Source of the DNA: an uncultured bacterium
Lineage (GTDB): Bacteria; Zixibacteria; MSB-5A5; CAIYYT01
Direction of reading: 5' to 3'
Length of the DNA: 64,000 nucleotides
Assembly (NCBI GenBank): GCA_963726455.1
Contig: CAVSCK010000004.1
Span: 192,001 to 256,000 of the forward strand
Shown here: piece after piece, positions 17,625 through 27,401 of the stretch
Position numbering within the stretch: position 1 is the stretch's first letter
How the letters are laid out: every line of letters starts with the position of its first letter
Position numbers and translations under genes: made by a program
The notes under the pieces: generated by a model
What the model saw: the letters and a program-made list of their open reading frames with translations, nothing else
What the model was told of the DNA's origin: nothing
Database searches by the model: none

Positions 17625-17696
17625 GACGACAATTAAGGTGAAACTAGAGTTGCGGCAAGCAGGAATGTGTGATGAATCTGGAGAAATGGAGCGAGA

Positions 17697-18407
17697 CTAT
17701 TGGGTCGCCGGCTCTGTCTTGGGTTTCATGTGTTCGGGCAGCAGAGCTGGATTGAGGCGGAGAGGGAGATCAACGCGCTCCAACTCTTTGCCACTGGCCG
17801 AAGTGACTGCAAACGTGAAGACAGTATCGGTATCCATTCGCCAGCCGATCGGTTTGAATTTCGCTTCCTGCTCGTATTCGCGGTACCAGTAATTAAGGTT
17901 CATCGGCACGGGAATGTCAATGCCCAGCGGATCGGTGATATAGACGTACAGACGGCGGTCGGAATCGTAAAACCCATACGTCAGGAATTTGCTGTCGGGA
18001 GACCAGAGCCCGGGATAGAAAGTGGCCTGGTTTGCGAACATGAGAAACTTCACGTATTCCTCTCTCACGTCGGCCATTCCGAGCCACTGATCGCCTTCGC
18101 CACAAGCGAATTCGATATAGCGCTGATTCGGCGAAACACAGATAAAGTGGAAACGACGGTTGTCGAAACGCTGCGTGGAATCGTGCGGCACGAAAGTCGG
18201 TACTGTGTCTGGCAGTTCGGAAGCGCGAAGAAACGGTTCCCTGGCGCCTTGTTTCTGGATAGCCGTGCCATTGTCAGACAGCACATAGATGCCGACGACA
18301 ACATCCGGTTTGGGCTTTGAGGTAATCAATATCGCCGCTACTGCAACAATAACCAGCAATAGGGCGAGTGAGATTAGTCGGTATGTAGTCTTGCGTTTCA
18401 CTGGCAA
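17697..18407 (-). CDS. Hypothetical membrane-anchored protein with TolB/PD40-like repeats
   Basis: N-terminal TM; VSPNQRYI and WSPDSKFL repeat motifs. Confidence 0.55.
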   Translation of the reverse strand: MPVKRKTTYRLISLALLLVIVAVAAILITSKPKPDVVVGIYVLSDNGTAIQKQGAREPFLRASELPDTVPTFVPHDSTQRFDNRRFHFICVSPNQRYIEFACGEGDQWLGMADVREEYVKFLMFANQATFYPGLWSPDSKFLTYGFYDSDRRLYVYITDPLGIDIPVPMNLNYWYREYEQEAKFKPIGWRMDTDTVFTFAVTSASGKELERVDLPLRLNPALLPEHMKPKTEPATQ

Positions 18408-18433
18408 GAGAGGTTAGCTTTCAATCCGGTCCA

Positions 18434-18466
18434 AATTAAGAAGCCGGCGCTTACGCTGCCGGCTTC
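18434..18466 (-). terminator. Probable intrinsic terminator
   Basis: GAAGCCGGC/GCCGGCTTC stem then TTAATTT on the minus strand. Confidence 0.6.
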
Positions 18467-18484
18467 GGTAAAATCTTTCTTTTC

Positions 18485-19774
18485 CTAGTCGACCAGCACC
18501 TTTTCGAGCCGTTCGAGAATGTAATCCGCCTCGTCCTGATTAATTATAAGTGGCGGGCTGATTCTGATCGTGTGGTGGTGACTGTCGTTGGCGAGGATGC
18601 CGAGATCAAGCAGCTTCTCGCAGTAGACCATAGCGTCACCGTTCTTGACCTCGATTCCGATAAACAAACCGCGGCCGCGAACTTCCTTGACATGAGTGGA
18701 GCGCTTCGCGATTTCGGTAATCTTCTCTTTGAGATACTTGCCGGTACGAGCTGACTTGTCAGTGAGATGCTCTTCTTTGAAGACATCCAGCGCCGCAATG
18801 CCCGCCGCACAAGCAAGCGAGTAGCCGCCGTACGTGGATCCGTCCGAGCCGGGATGGAACACCAAGTCCATCAGTTCAGAGTTGGTGACCAGTGCGGACA
18901 AAGGCACCAAACCGCCGGAAACGGCTTTACCGATAACGACGGCATCAGGAAATTCCGGTTCGTGCTGGAAACAGAAATCTTTGCCGGTACGACCGAGTCC
19001 AACTTGAATTTCGTCGGCGACCAGAAGCAAGTCATTCTTATCGCAGATTTCGCGCAAGCCGGTCATAAAACCGTCTGGAGGAATGAACATTCCGCCTTCG
19101 CCCTGCATCGGCTCAACCAGAATACCGCAGGTGTTCTTGGTGATGAGGCGCTGTACGTCGGCGAGATCGCCGTATTTGGCCGTCTTGAATCCTGGAAGGA
19201 GCGGGCCAAAACCTTCTTTGTAGTAAGCTGAATCGGAAAATGAAATGACGGCAATCATGCGGCCATGGAAATTCGAACTAAAGACGATGATTTCCTGCTG
19301 GCCGTCGGTGATGCCTTTCTTCTTGTAGCCGTAATAGCGCATCAACTTGATGGCGGTTTCAACTGATTCAACGCCGCCGTTTTTCAAGAGCGCTTTGTTG
19401 CCATGCTTGCCGAATCGTGGCCCTAGTTGCGGTACCAGCGTGCACAGTTTTTCGAGAAAGAGTGCGCGAACATCGGTATAGATGACGTTAGAAATTACCG
19501 AACCGTAACCATGTTCGAGAGCGTGCACGAGTGCGGCAACGATCTTGGGATGATGGTGTCCGGGATTGGCGGCGCTATATGCGGCAAGGCAATCAAGAAT
19601 GCGGCGGCCGTCAGAAGTATACAACCAGGCGCCTTCAGTCTTGCGGATGACAGCTCGCAAACGATGATAGTGGTTCGCTCCGTACTGGGTCTCTAAACTG
19701 AGGATTTGATCGTCTGAAGTGTCGGAAAAGCCGAGCGCGGCCGTAATTTTACCACTAATCGTGTCGTAAGCCAT
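18485..19774 (-). CDS. rocD: Ornithine--oxo-acid aminotransferase (class III PLP)
   Basis: DCLAAYSA, FHGR, EPMQGEGG, DEIQVGLGRTG, IGKAVSGG, GSTYGG. Confidence 0.82.
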   Translation of the reverse strand: MAYDTISGKITAALGFSDTSDDQILSLETQYGANHYHRLRAVIRKTEGAWLYTSDGRRILDCLAAYSAANPGHHHPKIVAALVHALEHGYGSVISNVIYTDVRALFLEKLCTLVPQLGPRFGKHGNKALLKNGGVESVETAIKLMRYYGYKKKGITDGQQEIIVFSSNFHGRMIAVISFSDSAYYKEGFGPLLPGFKTAKYGDLADVQRLITKNTCGILVEPMQGEGGMFIPPDGFMTGLREICDKNDLLLVADEIQVGLGRTGKDFCFQHEPEFPDAVVIGKAVSGGLVPLSALVTNSELMDLVFHPGSDGSTYGGYSLACAAGIAALDVFKEEHLTDKSARTGKYLKEKITEIAKRSTHVKEVRGRGLFIGIEVKNGDAMVYCEKLLDLGILANDSHHHTIRISPPLIINQDEADYILERLEKVLVD

Positions 19775-19837
19775 AGAAGTTCTCCGCGAAAAAGGATTTC
19801 GGGACGCCTTTCGCCGCCCGCCAAAACACAGCAAAGC

Positions 19838-19865
19838 AGTATATCCAATATGAAGGTGTTGTCAA
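19838..19865 (-). promoter_or_regulatory. Sigma70 promoter
   Basis: TTGACA-N16-TATACT. Confidence 0.7.
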
Positions 19866-20033
19866 GGGAATTGTGGCATTCACATGTGGACAGATAAGAG
19901 TATGTTTTGGTTGAGGTTATGGGAATTCGATGAACCGACTTGGCAGGTAGGAATGGTGTAAGAGCCAGTGGGCGGCTTTCGTGAGTGGCGGACTCAGTTG
20001 TGACGTAAGGTGTTGAAATACAATGTGTTGACT

Positions 20034-20084
20034 GGTTCGCCCCGAGCCTCCAGACTAAAGGCGTCCACGGGGATACGAACCTAC
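20034..20084 (-). repeat. GTAG-tailed REP-like hairpin
   Basis: Minus strand GTAGGTTCGTATCCCCG...CGGGGCGAACC, just downstream of yjbQ. Confidence 0.5.
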
Positions 20085-20111
20085 GAACGTTTCGTGGTCG
20101 GATAACAGCGA

Positions 20112-20531
20112 TCACTCGCCGGAGATCTGAATGACGATTTCGCGGTGTCGCGGCCGGTTGTCGAACTCGAGAACAACGATTTGTTGCCAGGTTCCGAGGA
20201 CCAAACGTCCGGACACGACCGGACAAGTAAAAGAAGCGCCAAGCAATGCAGCGCGCAGGTGAGCATAACCGTTGCCGTCGCCCCAGGTGCGGTCGTGGTT
20301 GTAGGTGGCGTTGGCGGGAATGATGCGCTCAAAGAAATCGGGGAGATCGGCAAGGAGTCCCGGCTCGTATTCAATGCTGGTGACGGCCGCCGTCGAACCG
20401 GGGACGAAGACCAGGGCCGTGCCGTTCTGAATGTCTGACTCTCGCAGGGACTCGGCAACCTTGGGAGTCAGGTCGATAATGTCGCCATCGCCTTTAGTGC
20501 TGATCTTAATGCCGAAGGATTTTACTGGCAT
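20112..20531 (-). CDS. yjbQ: YjbQ/UPF0047 family protein
   Basis: GSTAAVTSIEYEPGL, HD...GNGYAHLRA, LGTWQ motifs. Confidence 0.9.
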   Translation of the reverse strand: MPVKSFGIKISTKGDGDIIDLTPKVAESLRESDIQNGTALVFVPGSTAAVTSIEYEPGLLADLPDFFERIIPANATYNHDRTWGDGNGYAHLRAALLGASFTCPVVSGRLVLGTWQQIVVLEFDNRPRHREIVIQISGE

Positions 20532-20599
20532 GTTCGTTGTACCTCGTAATGGACTCCAGGTCCGCCGCTGCAACGGGGAACAGGGCGTCAAGTTTCGGG

Positions 20600-20628
20600 T
20601 TGACTCAGGTATATGCGAGCGATATCAT
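20600..20628 (+). promoter_or_regulatory. Sigma70 promoter, very short leader
   Basis: TTGACT-N17-TATCAT, 10 nt before ATG 20639, no SD. Confidence 0.65.
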
Positions 20629-20638
20629 AACCGCCACT

Positions 20639-21283
20639 ATGGACGAAACTAAACCATATTTTGTCGACACACTCGTAGTCGGTAGTATTCAAGTTAACTG
20701 CTATGTCTTCGGCTGTCGAGCGACAAATCAGGCGGCGATCATCGATCCGGGAGGCGATGCGCAACTGATCCGGGATAAGGTGTCGCAACGGCGGGCGATC
20801 ATCAAACTGATTCTCCTGACTCACGGGCATTTTGACCATATCGGGGCTCTCAGAGAAATTCGCGAGGAATACGATTGTCCGGTGATGATTCATGCGGCTG
20901 AGGCGGATAGTCTGACGAATCCGATGAATAATTTGAGCGCGCTGACGGGATCGGGAATTGTGTGCGCCGCGCCGGACCGGACGCTTGTAGATGGGGACAC
21001 GGTACAGGTCGGTAATCTGGAACTGGAAGTGTTGCATACTCCGGGACATACAAGAGGGGGCGTCTGTTTTCGGCACGACGGACTGCTGTTCAGCGGGGAC
21101 ACGCTGTTCAACTCAGGAATTGGCAGGATCGATCTGCCGGGAGGCAGCAAGTCGCAATTGGAGCAGTCAATTCGCCGGAGAATATATACACTGCCGGATG
21201 ACACACTAGTGCTGCCGGGACATGGCGAGTCGACTACAGTCGGCTGTGAAAAACAATCAAACCCCTTTGTGAGAGCAAGATGA
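20639..21283 (+). CDS. MBL-fold metallo-hydrolase (glyoxalase II-like)
   Basis: THGHFDH, HTPGH, SGDTLF, PGHG. Confidence 0.9.
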   Translation: MDETKPYFVDTLVVGSIQVNCYVFGCRATNQAAIIDPGGDAQLIRDKVSQRRAIIKLILLTHGHFDHIGALREIREEYDCPVMIHAAEADSLTNPMNNLSALTGSGIVCAAPDRTLVDGDTVQVGNLELEVLHTPGHTRGGVCFRHDGLLFSGDTLFNSGIGRIDLPGGSKSQLEQSIRRRIYTLPDDTLVLPGHGESTTVGCEKQSNPFVRAR

Positions 21284-22119
21284 TGGAATTTCCGATCGGC
21301 GACAGCCACGTTCATCCGGATTTTTCAGTTGATGCAACCGGATCGGTGCGGGAGTACTGCACACGGGCATTTGAGTTGGGACTGTTTGAGATTACGTTTA
21401 CCTCTCACTACGAGTTACCACCGGAACGAAAAGACAAGATGGGATATTTCATGATCGACGGGCAGCGGGTGCCGGCCGGGCCGGACGCGGTGAAGCGCTA
21501 TATCGAAACCGTGAGAGAGGTCGGGGAGGAGTTTTTTCCGGCCGGTCTTAAAGTTGGTTGCGGTCTGGAAGTCGGCTGGAACAAGAATCTGTATGATCGG
21601 CTGGCGAAGGATTTGGAAAGTTTCGACTTGGATTTCGTGATCGGTTCGATTCACGACGTGCGTGACGTGCCGATTTTGGAGAAGGAATTCGCGCCGGAGT
21701 TTTTTGGTTCGCATCCGATTGAGTTCTGGATTGGGGATTATTTCAAGGTGGCGGAAGAGGCGGCGGAATCGGAGCTATTTGACGTTCTGGGGCATCTGGA
21801 TTGTTACAAGCGCTATGGCCTGAAGGTGTATGGCGATGCCATCAAGACCGCGCACGCTCCGTATCTTGAGAGTCTGTTCGAAAAGATGAAGTCGCACGAC
21901 ATGTTCCTGGAGCTCAACACGGCGGGAATAAGGCACGGTCTGGGTGAGTATTACCCGTCAATGGATATAATTAATACTGCGCGCCGCCTGGGAGTGCGGG
22001 TGTCGACATTAGGCTCGGATGCGCACAAGCCGGAGCAATTGGCGTATGATTTCGAAGCCGCCAGCCAACTGGTTCACGAGATCCTGCCGTGCGGACCTGA
22101 AGACGATTATGACGAATAA
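21280..22119 (+). CDS. PHP-family histidinol-phosphatase-like protein
   Basis: DSHVH, GSIH, GHLD, ELNT, GSDAH. Confidence 0.85.
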   Translation: MMEFPIGDSHVHPDFSVDATGSVREYCTRAFELGLFEITFTSHYELPPERKDKMGYFMIDGQRVPAGPDAVKRYIETVREVGEEFFPAGLKVGCGLEVGWNKNLYDRLAKDLESFDLDFVIGSIHDVRDVPILEKEFAPEFFGSHPIEFWIGDYFKVAEEAAESELFDVLGHLDCYKRYGLKVYGDAIKTAHAPYLESLFEKMKSHDMFLELNTAGIRHGLGEYYPSMDIINTARRLGVRVSTLGSDAHKPEQLAYDFEAASQLVHEILPCGPEDDYDE

Positions 22120-22687
22120 ACTGGGGCGGGAATTTTATCTGCAACCAACGTTAGTAGTGGCAAAGGGGCTGATCGGCAAAGTCTTTGTCTTTCGTCGCGA
22201 AGGCAAAACACTATCCGGAAGAATTGTAGAGACCGAGGCATATATTGGAGAGAATGATCCTGCCTGCCATGCACGATTTGGGATGACGAAACGAAATGCG
22301 ATTATGTATGGTGAGGGAGGATTTACCTACGTGTACTTCGTATATGGTATGTACAATATGCTGAACTTTGTCACCGAAAGTGAGGGGAGCCCGGCAGCGG
22401 TTCTTATTCGCGCGGTCGAGCCGATTGAAGGGATTTCGCTGATGAAGCTACGGCGGAAGTGCGAAGATGTTCGCCAGTTGACGTCAGGGCCGGGGAAACT
22501 GTGCCGGGCATTTGATATTACGGTGAAAGATAGCGGGCTTGATTTGACGGGTGATATTTGTTTCGTCGGTGATGAAGGGTATCACGCCAAGCAGATTGCG
22601 AAGTCGTCACGGATCGGGATCGGAGAAGGCGCCGAGATGCTCTGGCGATTCTATGAAACCGGGAACAGGTTCGTGTCGGTCAAATAG
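22109..22687 (+). CDS. mpg: DNA-3-methyladenine glycosylase (MPG/AAG family)
   Basis: GRIVETEAY, YVYFVYGMY, AVLIRAVEP, GPGKL, RIGI. Confidence 0.92.
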   Translation: MTNKLGREFYLQPTLVVAKGLIGKVFVFRREGKTLSGRIVETEAYIGENDPACHARFGMTKRNAIMYGEGGFTYVYFVYGMYNMLNFVTESEGSPAAVLIRAVEPIEGISLMKLRRKCEDVRQLTSGPGKLCRAFDITVKDSGLDLTGDICFVGDEGYHAKQIAKSSRIGIGEGAEMLWRFYETGNRFVSVK

Positions 22688-22695
22688 GAGGAAAA

Positions 22696-23967
22696 ATGAA
22701 GGGCGAGATTAGTTCCAAAGAAATGCCGATGTCGGTCTTCGCGAATGTCGTGAGGCAGATCGACAATGCGGCATCGCTGCTGGGAGTCGAACCGGCATTA
22801 GTTGAGATTATCAAAATGCCGCGACGGTCGGTGATAGTGAATTTGCCGATCAAGATGGACGACGGGTCGTACCGGGTGTTTACCGGCTACCGGGTGCAGC
22901 ATTCGGTGGTACGGGGACCGGGCAAAGGAGGCATTCGGTATCATCCCAATGTCACGCTCGATGAAGTGCAGGCGCTGGCAAGCTGGATGACATGGAAGTG
23001 CGCGGTTGTGAATATTCCCTTTGGCGGCGCCAAGGGCGGGATCACGGTTGATCCGCACAAACTCTCGAAGCATGAATTAGAGCATCTGACGCGTCGCTAT
23101 GTCGCCGACTTGCTGGATGTGTTCGGACCGGAATCGGATGTGCCGGCGCCCGATGTCAACACGAATGAACAGACGATGGCGTGGATAATGGACACTTACT
23201 CGATGCACGTGCGCCACACGGAATCGGCAGTGGTGACTGGCAAGCCGCTCAATATGGGTGGATCGCTGGGACGGCGCGAGGCGACTGGCCGCGGCGTTAT
23301 GCTGAGCGTGCGTGAGGCGTGCAAGCGGCTGGGTTTGGATCTGAAAAAGGTTACAGCGGGAGTGGTCGGTTTCGGAAATGTCGGATCAGTGACGGCGGAT
23401 TTGTTGCATAAACAAGGAGTCAAGATTGTCGCGGTTACGGATGTGATGGGTGGAGTTTACGACAAGAACGGCCTGGATATTCCGAAGTTAATCGAACACG
23501 CCGCCAAGACCGGATCGGTCGTGGATTTTCCGGGGACTACTCCGATCGGCAACGAGGAGGTTGTCGCAGCGGAAATAGACGTACTGGTTCCCGCAGCGTT
23601 GGAGAACTTGATCACTGCGGATAATGCTGAGAACGTTCGAGCGAAGATTGTCGCGGAAGGAGCCAACGGGCCAACGACACCGGAGGCGGATGAGATACTC
23701 ACTCGCAAGGGTGTGTTCATTATTCCGGACATTCTCTGCAATGCGGGCGGTGTGACGGTGTCTTATTTCGAATGGGTACAGAATCGGGTAGGATATGCCT
23801 GGACAGAGAACGAGGTTAACGGTCGGCTGGAACTAGTAATGGTCAACGCTTTTGATGACGTCTACCAGATGGCCCAACAGTATAAGGTTAATATGAGGGT
23901 GGGAGCGTTTATGCTTGCAATACGCAGGGTCGTGGATGTTATTAAGTTACGGGGTGTGTATGCGTAA
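22696..23967 (+). CDS. gdhA: Glu/Leu/Phe/Val dehydrogenase (glutamate dehydrogenase)
   Basis: GPGKGGIRY, GGAKGG, VPAPD, GFGNVG, EGANGP. Confidence 0.92.
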   Translation: MKGEISSKEMPMSVFANVVRQIDNAASLLGVEPALVEIIKMPRRSVIVNLPIKMDDGSYRVFTGYRVQHSVVRGPGKGGIRYHPNVTLDEVQALASWMTWKCAVVNIPFGGAKGGITVDPHKLSKHELEHLTRRYVADLLDVFGPESDVPAPDVNTNEQTMAWIMDTYSMHVRHTESAVVTGKPLNMGGSLGRREATGRGVMLSVREACKRLGLDLKKVTAGVVGFGNVGSVTADLLHKQGVKIVAVTDVMGGVYDKNGLDIPKLIEHAAKTGSVVDFPGTTPIGNEEVVAAEIDVLVPAALENLITADNAENVRAKIVAEGANGPTTPEADEILTRKGVFIIPDILCNAGGVTVSYFEWVQNRVGYAWTENEVNGRLELVMVNAFDDVYQMAQQYKVNMRVGAFMLAIRRVVDVIKLRGVYA

Positions 23968-24015
23968 AGGTGATGACGTTTTGGGCCGGACTGAGCACCG
24001 GACGACGGAGGAACT

Positions 24016-24648
24016 ACGAATCTACAGCAAATCCTGATCGGGCTGCCGATACTGTTGTTTTCGCTGACGGTGCATGAATTCGCACACGCCTGGGCAGCGA
24101 ATCGTCTGGGCGACCCGACGGCGAAGTATATGGGGCGGCTGACGTTGAATCCGATCGCGCATCTCGACCTGATGGGATTGTTGATGATGGTGGCATCGGG
24201 ATTTCGCTTTGGTTGGGCCAAACCGGTTCCGATCAATCCGGCAAACTTCCGGGACTGGCGGCGCGGGACATTTCTGGTCAGCATCGCCGGCCCAGTGTCG
24301 AATTTACTGCTGGCCGCGGCGACCTCGGTGTTGTTTCATGCTGTTGCCTACACGCCGTTGCAGCCGGCGGACGCAACTTTGCTGGGTCAATTCCTCTATT
24401 CAATGATCTTCATCAATTGTGCGCTGGCATTTTTCAATTTGATTCCGCTGCCGCCACTGGATGGATCGAAATTGTTGATTTCGCTCTTGCCGCCGGAAAT
24501 GGAATCTCTAGCAAATGGCCTGGAAAGGTACGGACCGATGATTCTGTTGGGAATCATCTTCATAGGGTTCGTCATGCCGGTATCGCCGATCTGGGTCGTG
24601 ATAGGGCCGTTCGTACAGCTTGCCGTTTCAATTTTCACTGGAATATAA
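24016..24648 (+). CDS. Site-2 protease (M50 family), probable ACG start
   Basis: HEFAH, GDPT, AGPVSN, FNLIPLPPLDG; GGAGG SD precedes an in-frame ACG at 24016. Confidence 0.88.
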   Translation, partial: TNLQQILIGLPILLFSLTVHEFAHAWAANRLGDPTAKYMGRLTLNPIAHLDLMGLLMMVASGFRFGWAKPVPINPANFRDWRRGTFLVSIAGPVSNLLLAAATSVLFHAVAYTPLQPADATLLGQFLYSMIFINCALAFFNLIPLPPLDGSKLLISLLPPEMESLANGLERYGPMILLGIIFIGFVMPVSPIWVVIGPFVQLAVSIFTGI

Positions 24649-24649
24649 G

Positions 24650-25438
24650 ATGAGAAGTTCCGCCGCGATAAGCCGCCTCGGAAGGTGGAACACCGCCAGA
24701 GCCGTTTTCGTGATCGTCGGCATTGCGCTCGCAGGTATTGTGTTCGATGGATGCGCGGCGAGATCCTCGATGGCCGGTGGGAGTGGGAGCTTGGATTCAC
24801 TTTCGATAGCGTCGCTGCTGCAGTACACGGAATTGACATCTTACGCCACGCTGTTGCATATAAAGATGTCGCGCGAGGGGAGAGTTGACGATTTCCGAGC
24901 GGAAGTATTCAGCAGCGGGGATTCGCTCCTCTCAGTGTATGTCCGCGGTTTTTTGGGAAAGTCGGCGTTCAAGGCGGTACTCAACAATGATTCGCTACTG
25001 GTGTATTTCCCATCTGAAAAGAAATACTTCTCCGGATTGCGCGCAGACATTGACACGGGCGGATTGAGCAACACGCGCCACATAGTCGAATATTTGCTTG
25101 ATGTGTTGCATGGTATCATTCGTTTCCCCTACACTGAGAACTGGAACAGTGAGATCAGGGTACGAGGACAACGAAACGTCCTTTACATGGATGACAAGGC
25201 CGGCCGGTGTCGATTGCGCCTGGTGTTCAACCAAAACAGCTACAAATTTCCTTACCAGCAGTTGGAATCACTGGAATTGACAACGGCAGATGAGCACGCG
25301 AGAATTATTGCCAGCGCGCGGAGTTCCAGTTACAACCGCGACCTACCGGCGGAGAAATTTCAGTTAGAAGTGCCACCTACCGCCACACTGCTAACCAAGA
25401 ACGAATTGGTCGAAATGCTGACCGGCGAGTCGCCGTGA
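24650..25438 (+). CDS. Hypothetical lipoprotein (possibly DUF4292/LolB-like fold)
   Basis: Hydrophobic signal ending in VFDGC; beta-rich; LLVYFPSEKKYFSG segment. Confidence 0.45.
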   Translation: MRSSAAISRLGRWNTARAVFVIVGIALAGIVFDGCAARSSMAGGSGSLDSLSIASLLQYTELTSYATLLHIKMSREGRVDDFRAEVFSSGDSLLSVYVRGFLGKSAFKAVLNNDSLLVYFPSEKKYFSGLRADIDTGGLSNTRHIVEYLLDVLHGIIRFPYTENWNSEIRVRGQRNVLYMDDKAGRCRLRLVFNQNSYKFPYQQLESLELTTADEHARIIASARSSSYNRDLPAEKFQLEVPPTATLLTKNELVEMLTGESP

Positions 25439-25444
25439 AGCCGT

Positions 25445-25473
25445 TTGACAATATACTTCTAATATCATAGTTT
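25445..25473 (+). promoter_or_regulatory. Sigma70 promoter
   Basis: TTGACA-N17-TAGTTT. Confidence 0.65.
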
Positions 25474-25508
25474 TCGTTCAGGATTGGGGAGACATTGAGA
25501 ACGCGAAG

Positions 25509-27401
25509 ATGATTGGCCGTTTGCTCACATATTTCAAGCCGTATCGGAAGCACCTGGCGCTATCGCTGGTGGCGGTCGTGCTGTTGGCGGCGACATCGGC
25601 GCTGTTGGTTTATCTGGCGACGTCGCTGTTTACTTCCATTTTTGGAAATGCGTCTCCGATAATGGGACAGATGACACCTCCAGTCGGAGCCGAGAGTGGC
25701 GGACTGCTGACCGAATGGCGCACGAGTGCAGAGTCAATTGTGAGAAACTTGCTCTTTACCGGCGAACGGGTCCACGACTTGGGAATCCTCTGCATAGCGA
25801 TCTTGATCGTTACCCTGTTGAAGAATCTGTTCTTCTACCTGCAGGGGTTTTTCGCTGCCTACGTGGAACAGGGAATTACCAAGACACTGCGCGATGAGAT
25901 CTTCCATCGCCTGCAGGGATTGTCATTGCAATTCTATCAAAGGCGGCGCACCGGTCATATCATCTCAGTGACGATCAATGATGTCGCAAAGATTCAGGAG
26001 ACATTCAACAACGTCCTGAACAATCTGATCAGGGATCCACTAATGATCCTGATTTATGTCGTCTGGATGCTGGTCATCAGTTGGCAATTGACCTTGATTG
26101 CGCTGGTGGTGTTTCCACTGATTCTGTTGGCGATCTACCAGGTCGGCAAGTTGATTCGCAGATACAGCACCCGGGCGCAGGAGGCGATTGCTGATGTGTC
26201 CTCCAATCTTGAGGAGACGATCAACAACGTGCGAATCGTGCGGGCGTACGCGGCCGAAGGACGTGAACAGAAGCGATTCGTGGAACGCACTGCCCGTTAT
26301 TTCGGAATGATGCTTAAGATCAATCGCGTGCGGCTGGTTTCGAGTCCGATTAACGAGATACTGGGTGTGGGAGCGATGGTGATAATTCTTTGGTGGGGCG
26401 GACAGCAGGTGCTCCACAACCGGCTGTTGTCGGCAAACGATTTCAATCTGTTCATTTTTCTGATGTTCTTCATCATTGCTCCGGCGAAGTCAGTATCGAA
26501 CATCCACGTGCGAATTAATGAAGGACTGGCAGCGTCAAGACGAATTTTCGATTTGCTGGACACGGCGCCGACGCCGGTGGAAGTGGCACAACCGAAAGAG
26601 TTGACGAGTTTCAAGAAGGATATCGTCTTCGAAAATGTCTCGTTCAAGTATGACACCGGCGATATCGTACTGAACGATGTCAATTTCAGCGTGACGAAAG
26701 GTCAAATTGTGGCGATCGTCGGGCCATCAGGTTCAGGCAAATCGACGCTGATTGACCTGGTTTGCCGTTTCCATGATCCGCTGAGTGGATCAATCAAAAT
26801 TGATGGCGTTGATTTGCGCGAGGTCACATTCAACTCGCTCAGGAGATTGCTGGGCGTAGTCACGCAGGAAACGATTCTCTTCAACGATACGGTGGCGAAC
26901 AACATCGCCTATCCGGCGGTCACCGTAGATGCGGGCCGCGTACGACAGGCGGCAGAGGCAGCGAACGCGCATCAGTTTATCAGCGGCTTGCCGAAGGGAT
27001 ATGATACCGTTATCGGCAATCGCGGGATGATGGTGTCGGGAGGTGAACGGCAGCGATTGGCGATTGCCCGGGCGTTGATGAAGGATCCGCAGATACTGAT
27101 TTTTGATGAAGCAACATCGTCACTAGACACCGAGTCTGAGCGCCTGGTGCAAGAGGCGATAGATCATCTAATGGTGGGGCGCACGAGCATTGTCATTGCG
27201 CACCGATTATCGACGATTTTGCGCGCCGATCAGATTCTGGTATTGAAGGCGGGGCAGATCGTTGAGCGCGGGCGGCATGAGGAATTGTTGCGGCTCAACG
27301 GGGTCTACCGACGATTATACGATCTGCAATTTGAAAGGAATAATGCTGTCACGGCTGGAACGGAAAGCGCCGCGGCTGGAACGAACCCTGAAGGAGTTTG
27401 A
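25509..27401 (+). CDS. msbA: Lipid A export ABC transporter MsbA-like
   Basis: TM domain + GPSGSGKS, SGGERQR, DEATSSLD, IAHRLST; next to GT9 genes. Confidence 0.85.
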   Translation: MIGRLLTYFKPYRKHLALSLVAVVLLAATSALLVYLATSLFTSIFGNASPIMGQMTPPVGAESGGLLTEWRTSAESIVRNLLFTGERVHDLGILCIAILIVTLLKNLFFYLQGFFAAYVEQGITKTLRDEIFHRLQGLSLQFYQRRRTGHIISVTINDVAKIQETFNNVLNNLIRDPLMILIYVVWMLVISWQLTLIALVVFPLILLAIYQVGKLIRRYSTRAQEAIADVSSNLEETINNVRIVRAYAAEGREQKRFVERTARYFGMMLKINRVRLVSSPINEILGVGAMVIILWWGGQQVLHNRLLSANDFNLFIFLMFFIIAPAKSVSNIHVRINEGLAASRRIFDLLDTAPTPVEVAQPKELTSFKKDIVFENVSFKYDTGDIVLNDVNFSVTKGQIVAIVGPSGSGKSTLIDLVCRFHDPLSGSIKIDGVDLREVTFNSLRRLLGVVTQETILFNDTVANNIAYPAVTVDAGRVRQAAEAANAHQFISGLPKGYDTVIGNRGMMVSGGERQRLAIARALMKDPQILIFDEATSSLDTESERLVQEAIDHLMVGRTSIVIAHRLSTILRADQILVLKAGQIVERGRHEELLRLNGVYRRLYDLQFERNNAVTAGTESAAAGTNPEGV

